The notes beneath the pieces are model-generated. The model worked only from the letters and a program-made list of their open reading frames with translations, had not been told where the DNA came from and did not search any database. DNA of 64,000 nucleotides, taken from assembly GCA_964415115.1 (NCBI GenBank), contig CAYPYB010000005.1, forward strand, positions 53,827-117,826. Reading direction: 5' to 3'. Shown here piece after piece: positions 1 through 8,500 of the stretch; positions within the stretch are counted from its first letter, which is position 1, and every line of letters begins with the position of its first letter. Origin of the DNA: an uncultured Candidatus Pelagibacter sp. GTDB taxonomy: Bacteria > Pseudomonadota > Alphaproteobacteria > Paracaedibacterales > CAIOTO01. The position numbers and the translations under genes are program-made.

Positions 1-216
1 TATTTTTTAAAATACGTTATTAGGTAGTATGCGATTGTTCACAAAAAAGTGCAAAGGTTTTTTAATGTGATCTGCTTTTATCCGAACAATTTAACTATTT
101 TTCTCCCAAGATTAATTCTTTCAAGAGGAGATTTTTTTCCACACGACGAAACAAGAAAACAAACTAAAATAAAAAGAATTGATTTTTTCACAAATCACAC
201 TTTTGAAACGATGAAA

Positions 217-291
217 TGGTGGGTGATGAAGGGATTGAACCTCCGACCCTCTCGGTGTAAACGAGACGCTCTACCGCTGAGCTAATCACCC
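217..291 (-). tRNA. tRNA-Val (anticodon TAC), CCA encoded
   Basis: The reverse complement folds as GGGTGAT-TA-GCTC-AGCGGTA-GAGC-G-TCTCG-TTTACAC-CGAGA-GGGTC-GGAGG-TTCAATC-CCTTC-ATCACCC-A-CCA. This is a complete 75-nt cloverleaf with anticodon loop TT-TAC-AC. Confidence 0.93.
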
Positions 292-421
292 AATAGAAAC
301 TAATATAAGTTTTTTTTTTTCGTAATGCAAGATCTTTTTTTGACTTATACAATATCTTATATGCCTTACAAAGGCTGTACCTTGATAAATTTAATTCTTA
401 ACTCAACATTTTTATTAACAA

Positions 422-1345
422 CTATTCTTCACTATCATCTCTCTCACTTTCGTCAAAATCTTCCTCTTCAGCAGCATTCTTTTCTTCCATAGATTTTTTT
501 TTCTGTTCAACATTTCTATCTTGCGTTTGCTCTGCATTCATTTGTGGGGTCATCTTATCCGGAGCCAAACTTTGCTTCTCACTCGTTTCATTTTTCTTAT
601 CACCTGTCATTGACTCTTGAAATTCTGGCATAATCATTTGAGGTTTAAGTATTTCAGGTAATTTTGGGATGACCAGCCCTGGTATTCCTGTTGGAGGCTG
701 CAATAACTTATCAGGCATGGGGGGGAAAACAATAACTGGAATTCTAGATAACATTTGTTGACCATTTGGCATTTTCAAAAGCCTAGTTTGTATATTTTCT
801 CTCATCATCATTCCTTCAGCTATAGTATTTTCAATTCTAGAAATGAGCAAATCAAACTTAACTTCTAATGCAGTTAATCGTGAACATAAACCTACAACAA
901 CTTGCCCAGCGGAAGGTATGGCCATAGCAGCTGTTAAAACAGGAGAACCGCACTGAAATGCAAAAGTTTTAAACATGATAATAGGGGGCATTACTCTAAA
1001 ATTGATGGATTGTACATAGAGTTTATAAACCTCTAAACCGATTAACATATAAGATTTTAAAAGCACCTCTGCTGGCACTACAGGTGATTGAAGTGTTAAA
1101 CGTGCCGTTTGTATATTTGCCTTTGTTTTAACTAAAGCTGTTCCGAAGGATTCAAATAATCCAGGGAATGCTGTAAGAAACTTAATAATTTCACCACCTG
1201 GATTTTTACCACCACCTATTAAACCTTTAAATTTTTTACCAATTTTAAAACTATATGCATCAGAAGCCATCATTGTGGCTATGCATAAACAGAAGATAAA
1301 ATTTTTAAATAACTTAACCATTAAAAAATAAGGTATATTTTTCAT
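422..1345 (-). CDS. hypothetical exported protein with a Pro-rich segment and a strongly acidic C-terminal tail
   Basis: 307-aa ORF. It has a hydrophobic N-terminus (FIFCLCIATMMA), a Pro-rich stretch (IPVIVFPPMPDKLLQPPTGIPGLVIPKLPEILKP) and ends EEEDFDESERDDSEE. I recognise no family. Confidence 0.6.
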   Translation of the reverse strand: MKNIPYFLMVKLFKNFIFCLCIATMMASDAYSFKIGKKFKGLIGGGKNPGGEIIKFLTAFPGLFESFGTALVKTKANIQTARLTLQSPVVPAEVLLKSYMLIGLEVYKLYVQSINFRVMPPIIMFKTFAFQCGSPVLTAAMAIPSAGQVVVGLCSRLTALEVKFDLLISRIENTIAEGMMMRENIQTRLLKMPNGQQMLSRIPVIVFPPMPDKLLQPPTGIPGLVIPKLPEILKPQMIMPEFQESMTGDKKNETSEKQSLAPDKMTPQMNAEQTQDRNVEQKKKSMEEKNAAEEEDFDESERDDSEE

Positions 1346-1552
1346 TAAATTATGGGAAATTAGTATTAATTTTTAATTAATTTCAATTTATCTATATATA
1401 ATGTATCCTAAAAATTTGATATATTTATCCATATATATTTCGTTTGTATTAAATACTATATTTCAACCCACAAAACATAAATTTAAATTTTTAAATCATT
1501 ATTAATATTTTATTTGTAACATTTATATAGAAATTAATTATCTTCATATATT

Positions 1553-2755
1553 ATGTTTTCTTTAAAATCTTTAAAAACATCTTCTATCTTTTCTCTCCAT
1601 TTATTGAGTCTTGCATATTTTCCAACAAACCATGTATTTTCTACACAAGCCAGTATTAGTTATATCATCGGTGGCGGAACTGCAAATCCGCCTCGAATAA
1701 ACACATCAACAGCATTTCCCGATGCATTAGCCATTTCTTTGAAAAATGTCCAAGCTGTAGTGCAAGATTCAAAAGGCAACATTTATGTTGCAGACTCTGA
1801 ACGAACATCGATTTTAAAAGCAACATTGGGCTCTAATTCCCAAGCACAACCAACCTATACCATTTCCACCATAGCTTCAGGTGTCCCAGGCTGTTTTGTG
1901 TTAGCCATAGATTCTAAAGATAATTTATATACGGTCGATAACGTTCAACACCAAGTCATAAAAATTAATACAACAACAGGTCAAAATTCAGTTATCGCAG
2001 AAAACGCACCTTCATCTAATAGCGCAGGAAATGAAAATAATCCCCTTAATTTTGGAATTATCCGAGGCGTTGCTGTCGATTCAAATTTCAATGTATTTAT
2101 AACAGATACCGATCAAAATATGATCAAAAAAATTCCTACTAGCGATCAAGGAAATACATATCAGCCCATTATAACCATTGCAGGTGTGGCACCGTCAAAA
2201 TTGATCAGCACCAATAATCTCTGCGTACCAGCAGCACTTGCTGATAATGCTGGGTATGTAGATGGCTTGGCTACTCAAGCTAAATTTAATTCCCCAAGAG
2301 GCCTTGCTGTTGATAATGCAGGCAACCTATATGTAGCTGATATGCAAAATCACCTGATTAGAAAACTAACTAATCAAAATGGAACATATACTGTTTCAAC
2401 CCTTGCTGGCGCAATGTCTGCAAATGGGCAACCTAATCCAGGTTTCATGGGCGATAACGGACAAGCACGATCGGCCCAACTTAATGGACCAACAGGTGTT
2501 AGCGTATCAAAAGATGGCAACAAAATTTACTGGGTTGAGTTTCAAAACAACTTAATAAGAAGTCTAGACAGTCAAAGCAACATCATCACAACACTAGCTT
2601 CCAATTCGGCAACACCCAATGCCACCATGTCGTTGCAAAATGCCATGCTAGCAAACCCTGTTAGACTATCTATGTTTCACAAACCAGACGGATCACCACA
2701 AGGTCTTCTTATTGCAGATCGCAACAACAACTTGGTGAAAAAACTACTTTTCTAA
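1553..2755 (+). CDS. NHL-repeat beta-propeller protein, probably exported
   Basis: 400 aa with a signal-like N-terminus. Six recurring blades match the NHL signature: NIYVADSERTSILK, NLYTVDNVQHQVIKI, NVFITDTDQNMIKKI, NLYVADMQNHLIRKL, KIYWVEFQNNLIRSL, LLIADRNNNLVKKL. Confidence 0.8.
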   Translation: MFSLKSLKTSSIFSLHLLSLAYFPTNHVFSTQASISYIIGGGTANPPRINTSTAFPDALAISLKNVQAVVQDSKGNIYVADSERTSILKATLGSNSQAQPTYTISTIASGVPGCFVLAIDSKDNLYTVDNVQHQVIKINTTTGQNSVIAENAPSSNSAGNENNPLNFGIIRGVAVDSNFNVFITDTDQNMIKKIPTSDQGNTYQPIITIAGVAPSKLISTNNLCVPAALADNAGYVDGLATQAKFNSPRGLAVDNAGNLYVADMQNHLIRKLTNQNGTYTVSTLAGAMSANGQPNPGFMGDNGQARSAQLNGPTGVSVSKDGNKIYWVEFQNNLIRSLDSQSNIITTLASNSATPNATMSLQNAMLANPVRLSMFHKPDGSPQGLLIADRNNNLVKKLLF

Positions 2756-3642
2756 TGTTCGTTGATGATCTCTTGAATAAAGAAATCTTTGTTATTCCAT
2801 TCTTCCTTAATTTTAACAAATAAGAATAAATGAATTTTTTTACCCAATAGTTTTTCTAATTCACCTCTAGCTTTTTGACCAATTTGTTTAATCATAGCGC
2901 CGCCTTTTCCAATCACAATTTTTTTCTGTGTATCTCTAGAAACAACTATGGTTTGAGATATTTTTATAGAACCATCTTTAAAGGTTTCGAACAAATCTGT
3001 TGTGACAAAAGTTTCGTAGGGTAATTCTTGATCGAGAAAAAGAAAAAGTTTTTCGCGTGTAATTTCACTAGACCATGTTCGTTCCGATAGGTTTGTCATG
3101 TCTTCAGAGTCATAAAACCATGGTTGCTCGGGAAGATATTTAGGGATCTCAGCAATAAGATCTGAAACACCCTTATTTTTTTGAGCAGAAATCATAAAGG
3201 TTTTTTCAAATCTTATGAATTCATTTTCTAAACTGGCAAATTTTTGTGTAATTTCAATTAAACGTTCTGGCTTAACCAAATCAATCTTATTCAAGACCAA
3301 AATATTTTTCCGTCTCGACAAAAGCTTTTTAATAAATTTTGCATCTTCTGCCATGGAATCATTTTTGACATCAAAAAGATACAAATTTAAATCGGCATCG
3401 CCTGGCGCAGACATTGCTTCCTTTACAATCGCTTTTTCTAATGCTTTCTTTGGTTCAAACAAACCCGGTGTATCGACTAAAACGATCTGATTCACATCGT
3501 CAGTAAATATTCCCAATATGCGACGACGTGTTGTTTGGACTTTGGGAGAAACGATAGAAACTTTAGACTGAATAATAGTATTGACTAAAGTTGATTTTCC
3601 AGCGTTTGGACGCCCTAAAATAGATACGAAACCACACTTCAT
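2752..3642 (-). CDS. era: GTPase Era
   Basis: The N-terminus FVSILGRPNAGKSTLVN is a P-loop. DTPG and NKID motifs and a C-terminal KH-like region (GKGGAMIKQIG) are present. The start overlaps the upstream stop as ATGA. Confidence 0.93.
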   Translation of the reverse strand: MKCGFVSILGRPNAGKSTLVNTIIQSKVSIVSPKVQTTRRRILGIFTDDVNQIVLVDTPGLFEPKKALEKAIVKEAMSAPGDADLNLYLFDVKNDSMAEDAKFIKKLLSRRKNILVLNKIDLVKPERLIEITQKFASLENEFIRFEKTFMISAQKNKGVSDLIAEIPKYLPEQPWFYDSEDMTNLSERTWSSEITREKLFLFLDQELPYETFVTTDLFETFKDGSIKISQTIVVSRDTQKKIVIGKGGAMIKQIGQKARGELEKLLGKKIHLFLFVKIKEEWNNKDFFIQEIINEH

Positions 3643-4433
3643 GAAGGTACACTTTCTTCATTAATATTTGACAACCCATCATTTTCAATATTTTCTTTAA
3701 TCTTTTTTTTGGGTTTTATTTTTGCATTTTTTGCAGTTGACGCATTTTCATCTATTTCAACTTTTACCGTTTCAACAGAAACATCATTTTTAGGATCTTT
3801 GGTATCTGTATGCTTAGAAGGTTCCGTGGTAGCATGTTCTGAATGGGTATGTTTAATAAATCTTCTTTTTTTATTGATATGATGCTTGTTCGCTGAATCA
3901 GAATCTTTTGATTCAATATCTAAAGCATTTCTATTATTATCCGTATCTTTGCTCAACGAATCATTAATTGCGTTTTCAATTTTATTTTTGTATTTCTCAT
4001 TTTTGACTTCTGGATTCTCAGCAACTAAAGAATCAATAATAGGATTCCTTTTGGCAGCATGTTGATGAGGAGTTGATGATGTGTTTCCGTCAGTCGGGTT
4101 TCTATAATGCTGGGGATTTCCACTCTGAGGTTGATTCCTTGCAGCATTATTTCTTTGATTTTGTATATTTTGTTGTTCTTGATCATAACGTATGCGCTCA
4201 TTCAAAAAACGCAAATAATGTTCAGCGTGTTGAAAATAGTTTTCAGCATCAATTCTATCCCCAGCTCTCAAGGATTCTTTGGCATAATTGGTATACTTAT
4301 CGAAACTTTGTTGGTAGAATGCTCTATTTTTTAATTTCACATCATCTTTTGAATCCACATATGATGAACCAGAATGAACATTTCTTTGTTGTGGTCTTTG
4401 ATTGGAAGGACGTGGACGTGTTTTTTTAAGCAT
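3639..4433 (-). CDS. DUF4167-family protein (conserved alphaproteobacterial protein of unknown function)
   Basis: The N-terminal block YQQSFDKYTNYAKESLRAGDRIDAENYFQHAEHYLRFLNE matches the DUF4167 signature as I recall it. The rest is a low-complexity basic, N/Q/K-rich tail. Confidence 0.7.
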   Translation of the reverse strand: MLKKTRPRPSNQRPQQRNVHSGSSYVDSKDDVKLKNRAFYQQSFDKYTNYAKESLRAGDRIDAENYFQHAEHYLRFLNERIRYDQEQQNIQNQRNNAARNQPQSGNPQHYRNPTDGNTSSTPHQHAAKRNPIIDSLVAENPEVKNEKYKNKIENAINDSLSKDTDNNRNALDIESKDSDSANKHHINKKRRFIKHTHSEHATTEPSKHTDTKDPKNDVSVETVKVEIDENASTAKNAKIKPKKKIKENIENDGLSNINEESVPS

Positions 4434-4622
4434 TCTTTCCTCTTGGATAAATATATATAAATTTCATAACTAAAAAATTAGTTTATGCATTTTTTAATTT
4501 CAATAAACATTGCATTATAATAAAAAAAATCAGTTTTTATGGACCATTTTTTTCATTATGTTATAGTATTATTATAGATTGTCTTTTTTTTCATGCAAGT
4601 TTTAATTTTCTAAGTAGGTATA

Positions 4623-5729
4623 ATGAAACAAAATCAAAATAAAATAAATGTTATTCTCTTTAATTTAGGTGGTCCATCAGATCTAAAATCTGTCCGTTCC
4701 TTTTTATTCAATTTATTCAATGATTCACTCATTATAAGATTGCCTGGTTTTTTTCGATTATGTTTAGCTTGGTTAATTTCAACGCTTCGAACTAAAAAGG
4801 CTCAGCATATTTATTCTTTGATCAATGGCAAATCACCCATTTTAGAAAACACAGAAAAACAAGGCAAAGCCTTATTAAATGCACTAAGCAAACTAGGTTA
4901 CGAAAACGTAGAAATCCACACTGTTATGCGTTATTGGAATCCTAGAGCCAAAGATGTCATCAACACCATGGAATGGAATATGAATCAAGAAACATTGTTA
5001 CTATCTCTTTATCCTCAGTATTCTACAACAACGACATTGTCATCCATGTATGAATTTATATCGTTAGCACAAAAGAAGTATCCCAATTTCAAATACACTA
5101 AAATTGGTTGTTATCCTATTTTGCCAGGCTTAATCCAATACTACACAAAGGCTATTTCCAATGTTATTTCATCAAATAGTTTAGAAAAACCACATATTTT
5201 ATTTTCAGCTCACGGACTTCCTATTGACGTCATCCAAGATGGAGATCCCTATCAACATCACGTGCAACAAACTATCCTTGCTATCCAATCTCAATTAGAA
5301 TTGTTGCATTCGGAAATTTTCACCTATGAATGCTACCAAAGCAAAGTTGGTCTTAAAAAATGGTTAACCCCATCGACAGAACATTTAATCCAAGAACTTT
5401 CCAAACAAGATAAAAACATCATCGTCGTCCCCATAGCGTTTGTATCAGAACATTCAGAAACTTTAGTCGAATTAGATATTGAATACAGGGAAATTGCTCA
5501 TGAATATGGTGCAAAAAGTTATCATAGAATAGCTACACCTAGTGATGATGAGGGTTTTATTCAAAGCTTAGCTCAACTCATCTCATCCACTCTAGATGAA
5601 AAAAATAAAGATCTCTATTGCTCCAATTCTCACAACTGTTTTTGTCATGCTCAATTAAAAAATAAAGGAAATTCTTATGTTAAATGTGCCCATAATTTCT
5701 GCTTCAACAACATCTCTGAAAAAAAATAA
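4623..5729 (+). CDS. hemH: ferrochelatase with a Cys-rich C-terminal extension
   Basis: Matches include VILFNLGGP, the MRYWNP and YPQYS blocks, FSAHGLP and FVSEHSETL. The C-terminal ~40 aa contain 5 Cys. Confidence 0.9.
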   Translation: MKQNQNKINVILFNLGGPSDLKSVRSFLFNLFNDSLIIRLPGFFRLCLAWLISTLRTKKAQHIYSLINGKSPILENTEKQGKALLNALSKLGYENVEIHTVMRYWNPRAKDVINTMEWNMNQETLLLSLYPQYSTTTTLSSMYEFISLAQKKYPNFKYTKIGCYPILPGLIQYYTKAISNVISSNSLEKPHILFSAHGLPIDVIQDGDPYQHHVQQTILAIQSQLELLHSEIFTYECYQSKVGLKKWLTPSTEHLIQELSKQDKNIIVVPIAFVSEHSETLVELDIEYREIAHEYGAKSYHRIATPSDDEGFIQSLAQLISSTLDEKNKDLYCSNSHNCFCHAQLKNKGNSYVKCAHNFCFNNISEKK

Positions 5730-5730
5730 A

Positions 5731-6726
5731 ATGCTAGATATTCAATCAAGAACGCAAATACTTAACCGCGCTAAAGAAGTTATACAGGTTGAAACAAAAG
5801 GCCTTGAAGCTTTAGAAAAATCACTGGATATCCATTTTTGCAAAACTATTGAAGCTATTTATTCAACTGAGGGACGAGTCATTGTAAGCGGAGTTGGAAA
5901 AAGTGGTCATATAGCACGAAAAATTGCAGCTACACTTGCATCAACAGGTCAACCTTCATTTTTTGTACACGCAGCAGAAGCGGGTCATGGTGATCTTGGC
6001 ATGATTACATCACAAGATATATTGCTACTTATTTCATATTCAGGCGGAGCAAAAGAATTACTGCCCATTATAAACTTTGCCAAACGTTTGGGAATTTCAA
6101 TTATTTCTATAACAAGCAGAAGCAAATCGACACTTGCACAACAATCTGAACATTTACTTCTATTGCCAGATCACCCTGAAGCATGTCCATTAGGCCTTGC
6201 ACCAACGACGTCAACAACTTTGTCTCTTGCATTGGGTGATGCTATCGCTGTTTCTCTGCTTGAATTAAGAGGATTAACGCATTCTGACTTTAGAAATTTT
6301 CATCCAGGTGGACAACTAGGTCTTCAATTAAAGCCAATATCAGAATTGCTTCATCCCCTTAATGACAACATGATGGTGAGTGATCATGATCACATCCAAG
6401 TGTGTTTAGAAAAAATTTCAAAAGGTAAATTAGGGTGCATTGGTGTTTTTCAAAATCAAAGGCTTATTGGCATTATCACAGATGGAGATGTTCGCCGATT
6501 TTTGATGAATACAATAGATACAAAATGTTCTGCAAACATTGCAACCGCAACAGCTGTTGATATCATGACGAACAATCCACTTACGATTAAAAATAGTGCT
6601 TTGATGGGCGAAGCCCTTAATCTTTTTGAAACAAAAAGTATAAGCAATCTGTTTGTAAAAGAGTGTGACGAAACTATTCAAGGTATTATCCATATTCACG
6701 ACTGCATTAAAGCAAAAGCTATATAA
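5731..6726 (+). CDS. kdsD: arabinose-5-phosphate isomerase (SIS domain plus tandem CBS)
   Basis: SIS motif VSGVGKSGHIARKIAATLASTGQPSFFVH, followed by C-terminal CBS-like repeats. The tracked ORF starts at 5677 and overlaps hemH. The internal ATG at 5731 directly follows the hemH stop, so I prefer it. Confidence 0.88.
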   Translation: MLDIQSRTQILNRAKEVIQVETKGLEALEKSLDIHFCKTIEAIYSTEGRVIVSGVGKSGHIARKIAATLASTGQPSFFVHAAEAGHGDLGMITSQDILLLISYSGGAKELLPIINFAKRLGISIISITSRSKSTLAQQSEHLLLLPDHPEACPLGLAPTTSTTLSLALGDAIAVSLLELRGLTHSDFRNFHPGGQLGLQLKPISELLHPLNDNMMVSDHDHIQVCLEKISKGKLGCIGVFQNQRLIGIITDGDVRRFLMNTIDTKCSANIATATAVDIMTNNPLTIKNSALMGEALNLFETKSISNLFVKECDETIQGIIHIHDCIKAKAI

Positions 6727-6740
6727 GGATTAAGAAAAAA

Positions 6741-7418
6741 ATGAGAACTGTTTATCAACATACACTATGCCCTTATTCAAGAAAAGTTCGACTTATGTTG
6801 CATGAAAAAAAATTAGACTTCACCATGGTGAACCATAATTTTTGGGATAAAACACCAGAATTTTTAGAGCTTAACCCCACAGGACAAGTCCCTGTTTTTG
6901 TGGATTTAAACGGTACCGTTATTTGTGATAGCCAAGCTATTTGCGAATATCTTGATGAAGCTTATCCTGAAAAAAATCTTATTGGCGATTCCATTGTTGT
7001 CAAAGCAGAAGTGAGGAGAATCGTAGCTTGGTTCGATTTAAAAGCTGCTGGTGAATTTACACTACCCCTACTTTTTGAAAAAGTAGTCAAACGAAATTTA
7101 AAGACTCAAGGAAACACAGGTCCATGTTCTCAGCGCATTCGTCAGTCTAAAACTATGCTTTTAAAGCATTTAGAATATATAGCGTGGCTTTGTGATCGCA
7201 GGAATTGGTTAGCGGGAGACAATTTTTCCCTAGCTGACATTACTGCAGCAGCACATATTTCCATTATAGACTACATGGGAGATATTCCTTGGGCACAACA
7301 TGAACTGGTTAAGAACTGGTATGTCAGAGTCAAATCGCGACCTAGTTTTAGAGCATTGTTACAAGATAAAGTTCCTGGTCTTTCACCATGGGAAACTTAT
7401 CCTCTGTTGGATTTTTAA
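6741..7418 (+). CDS. glutathione S-transferase family protein
   Basis: 225 aa. It has an N-terminal thioredoxin-like GST fold with CPYS, NPTGQVPV and SQAICEYL, and a C-terminal helical domain (FSLADI). An FzlA-like GST-fold cell-division protein cannot be excluded. Confidence 0.75.
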   Translation: MRTVYQHTLCPYSRKVRLMLHEKKLDFTMVNHNFWDKTPEFLELNPTGQVPVFVDLNGTVICDSQAICEYLDEAYPEKNLIGDSIVVKAEVRRIVAWFDLKAAGEFTLPLLFEKVVKRNLKTQGNTGPCSQRIRQSKTMLLKHLEYIAWLCDRRNWLAGDNFSLADITAAAHISIIDYMGDIPWAQHELVKNWYVRVKSRPSFRALLQDKVPGLSPWETYPLLDF

Positions 7419-7505
7419 CATTTTTTTGATAATATTAATTTGAAATATTCTGCATTTTCCTGTAATCTCTAAATTCATCTGAGTGTTCATCTATTAAGTT
7501 TTTCA

Positions 7506-8426
7506 ATGAATAAGAAACATGCATATATTTTACTGACCCTTTGTTTGATTGTTATTTTTAAAAAAAATCTTAAAAAAGAATTTTATTGTTATCAAAATAA
7601 AGTTTATGACATCATACTCAGTAAAAATGACCCCTATTCAAACTACGCCAAAAATCTGAAACCAGCCATTCCAAGATCAGAATTTATCAAATCTATTGAT
7701 ATTACAAAAAAAACATTAGAAATTGGTCCGTTCACAAATCCAATTTTGAAAGGTAATAATGTCAATTATTTTGATATTTTTGATCAAGAAGGTCTAAGGC
7801 AAAAGATCATAACTGATCAATTTTATGGCATCAAAGAAAAATACGATTCAGAATCAATAAAAGTACCATACATTAAATACGTTGATCCCCATGGAGATAT
7901 GAGTAAAATTAAAGACCAATTTGATATTGTATTTTCTTCTCATAATATAGAACATCAAGTTAACCTCATTAAACATTTACAGCAAATCCAAAAATTGATT
8001 CACTCAAAAGGTAAAATTTTTCTGATTGTTCCTGATAAACGCTATTGTTTTGATCACTTTATTTCAACAACAAACCTCTCCGACATTATCGACAATTTTG
8101 AAAACAACCCCAAAAAACATGATTTAAAAACTATTTTAGCAAACCGTTGTGAAATTACACATAATAATAATTTCGAACATTGGCAATCAAAACATGGAGA
8201 ACATAAAAGCGAACAAATTGATAACTGCTATATCAGTGCATTAAAAGAGTATAAAAATTCAGGAGATAACTATATTGACAGTCATCGATGGAGATTTACA
8301 CCACAAAGCTTTTATAAAATTATCTCTCAATTGAACGAAATGAAATACATTCAATTAAAAATTGATACCATTCATGCTACTAAATTTGGAAGTTGTGAAT
8401 TTTATGTTGTTTTAAGTCTGCAATAA
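7506..8426 (+). CDS. putative membrane-anchored class I SAM-dependent methyltransferase
   Basis: It has an N-terminal TM helix (AYILLTLCLIVIF), a motif-I-like LEIGPFTNP, an acidic-loop FDIFD, a post-II FDIVFSSHNIEH, and KGKIFLIVPD. The assignment is by pattern only. Confidence 0.45.
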   Translation: MNKKHAYILLTLCLIVIFKKNLKKEFYCYQNKVYDIILSKNDPYSNYAKNLKPAIPRSEFIKSIDITKKTLEIGPFTNPILKGNNVNYFDIFDQEGLRQKIITDQFYGIKEKYDSESIKVPYIKYVDPHGDMSKIKDQFDIVFSSHNIEHQVNLIKHLQQIQKLIHSKGKIFLIVPDKRYCFDHFISTTNLSDIIDNFENNPKKHDLKTILANRCEITHNNNFEHWQSKHGEHKSEQIDNCYISALKEYKNSGDNYIDSHRWRFTPQSFYKIISQLNEMKYIQLKIDTIHATKFGSCEFYVVLSLQ

Positions 8427-8500
8427 TTTTTTGGATTCTTACTGTACCAAATATAAAAATCAAAATATTTCCCCCCTCCTATATCTTGGATATCAATCCA

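Noticed and set aside
49-285. 78-aa plus-strand ORF (GTG start)
   Set aside because: It runs antisense straight through tRNA-Val (217-291). It has no RBS, and its sequence is low-complexity and AT-driven. It is a spurious ORF.
310-320. T11 homopolymer upstream of tRNA-Val
   Set aside because: Long A/T runs are frequent throughout this AT-rich sequence. No ORF start or frame depends on it, though it may simply be part of the tRNA promoter spacer.
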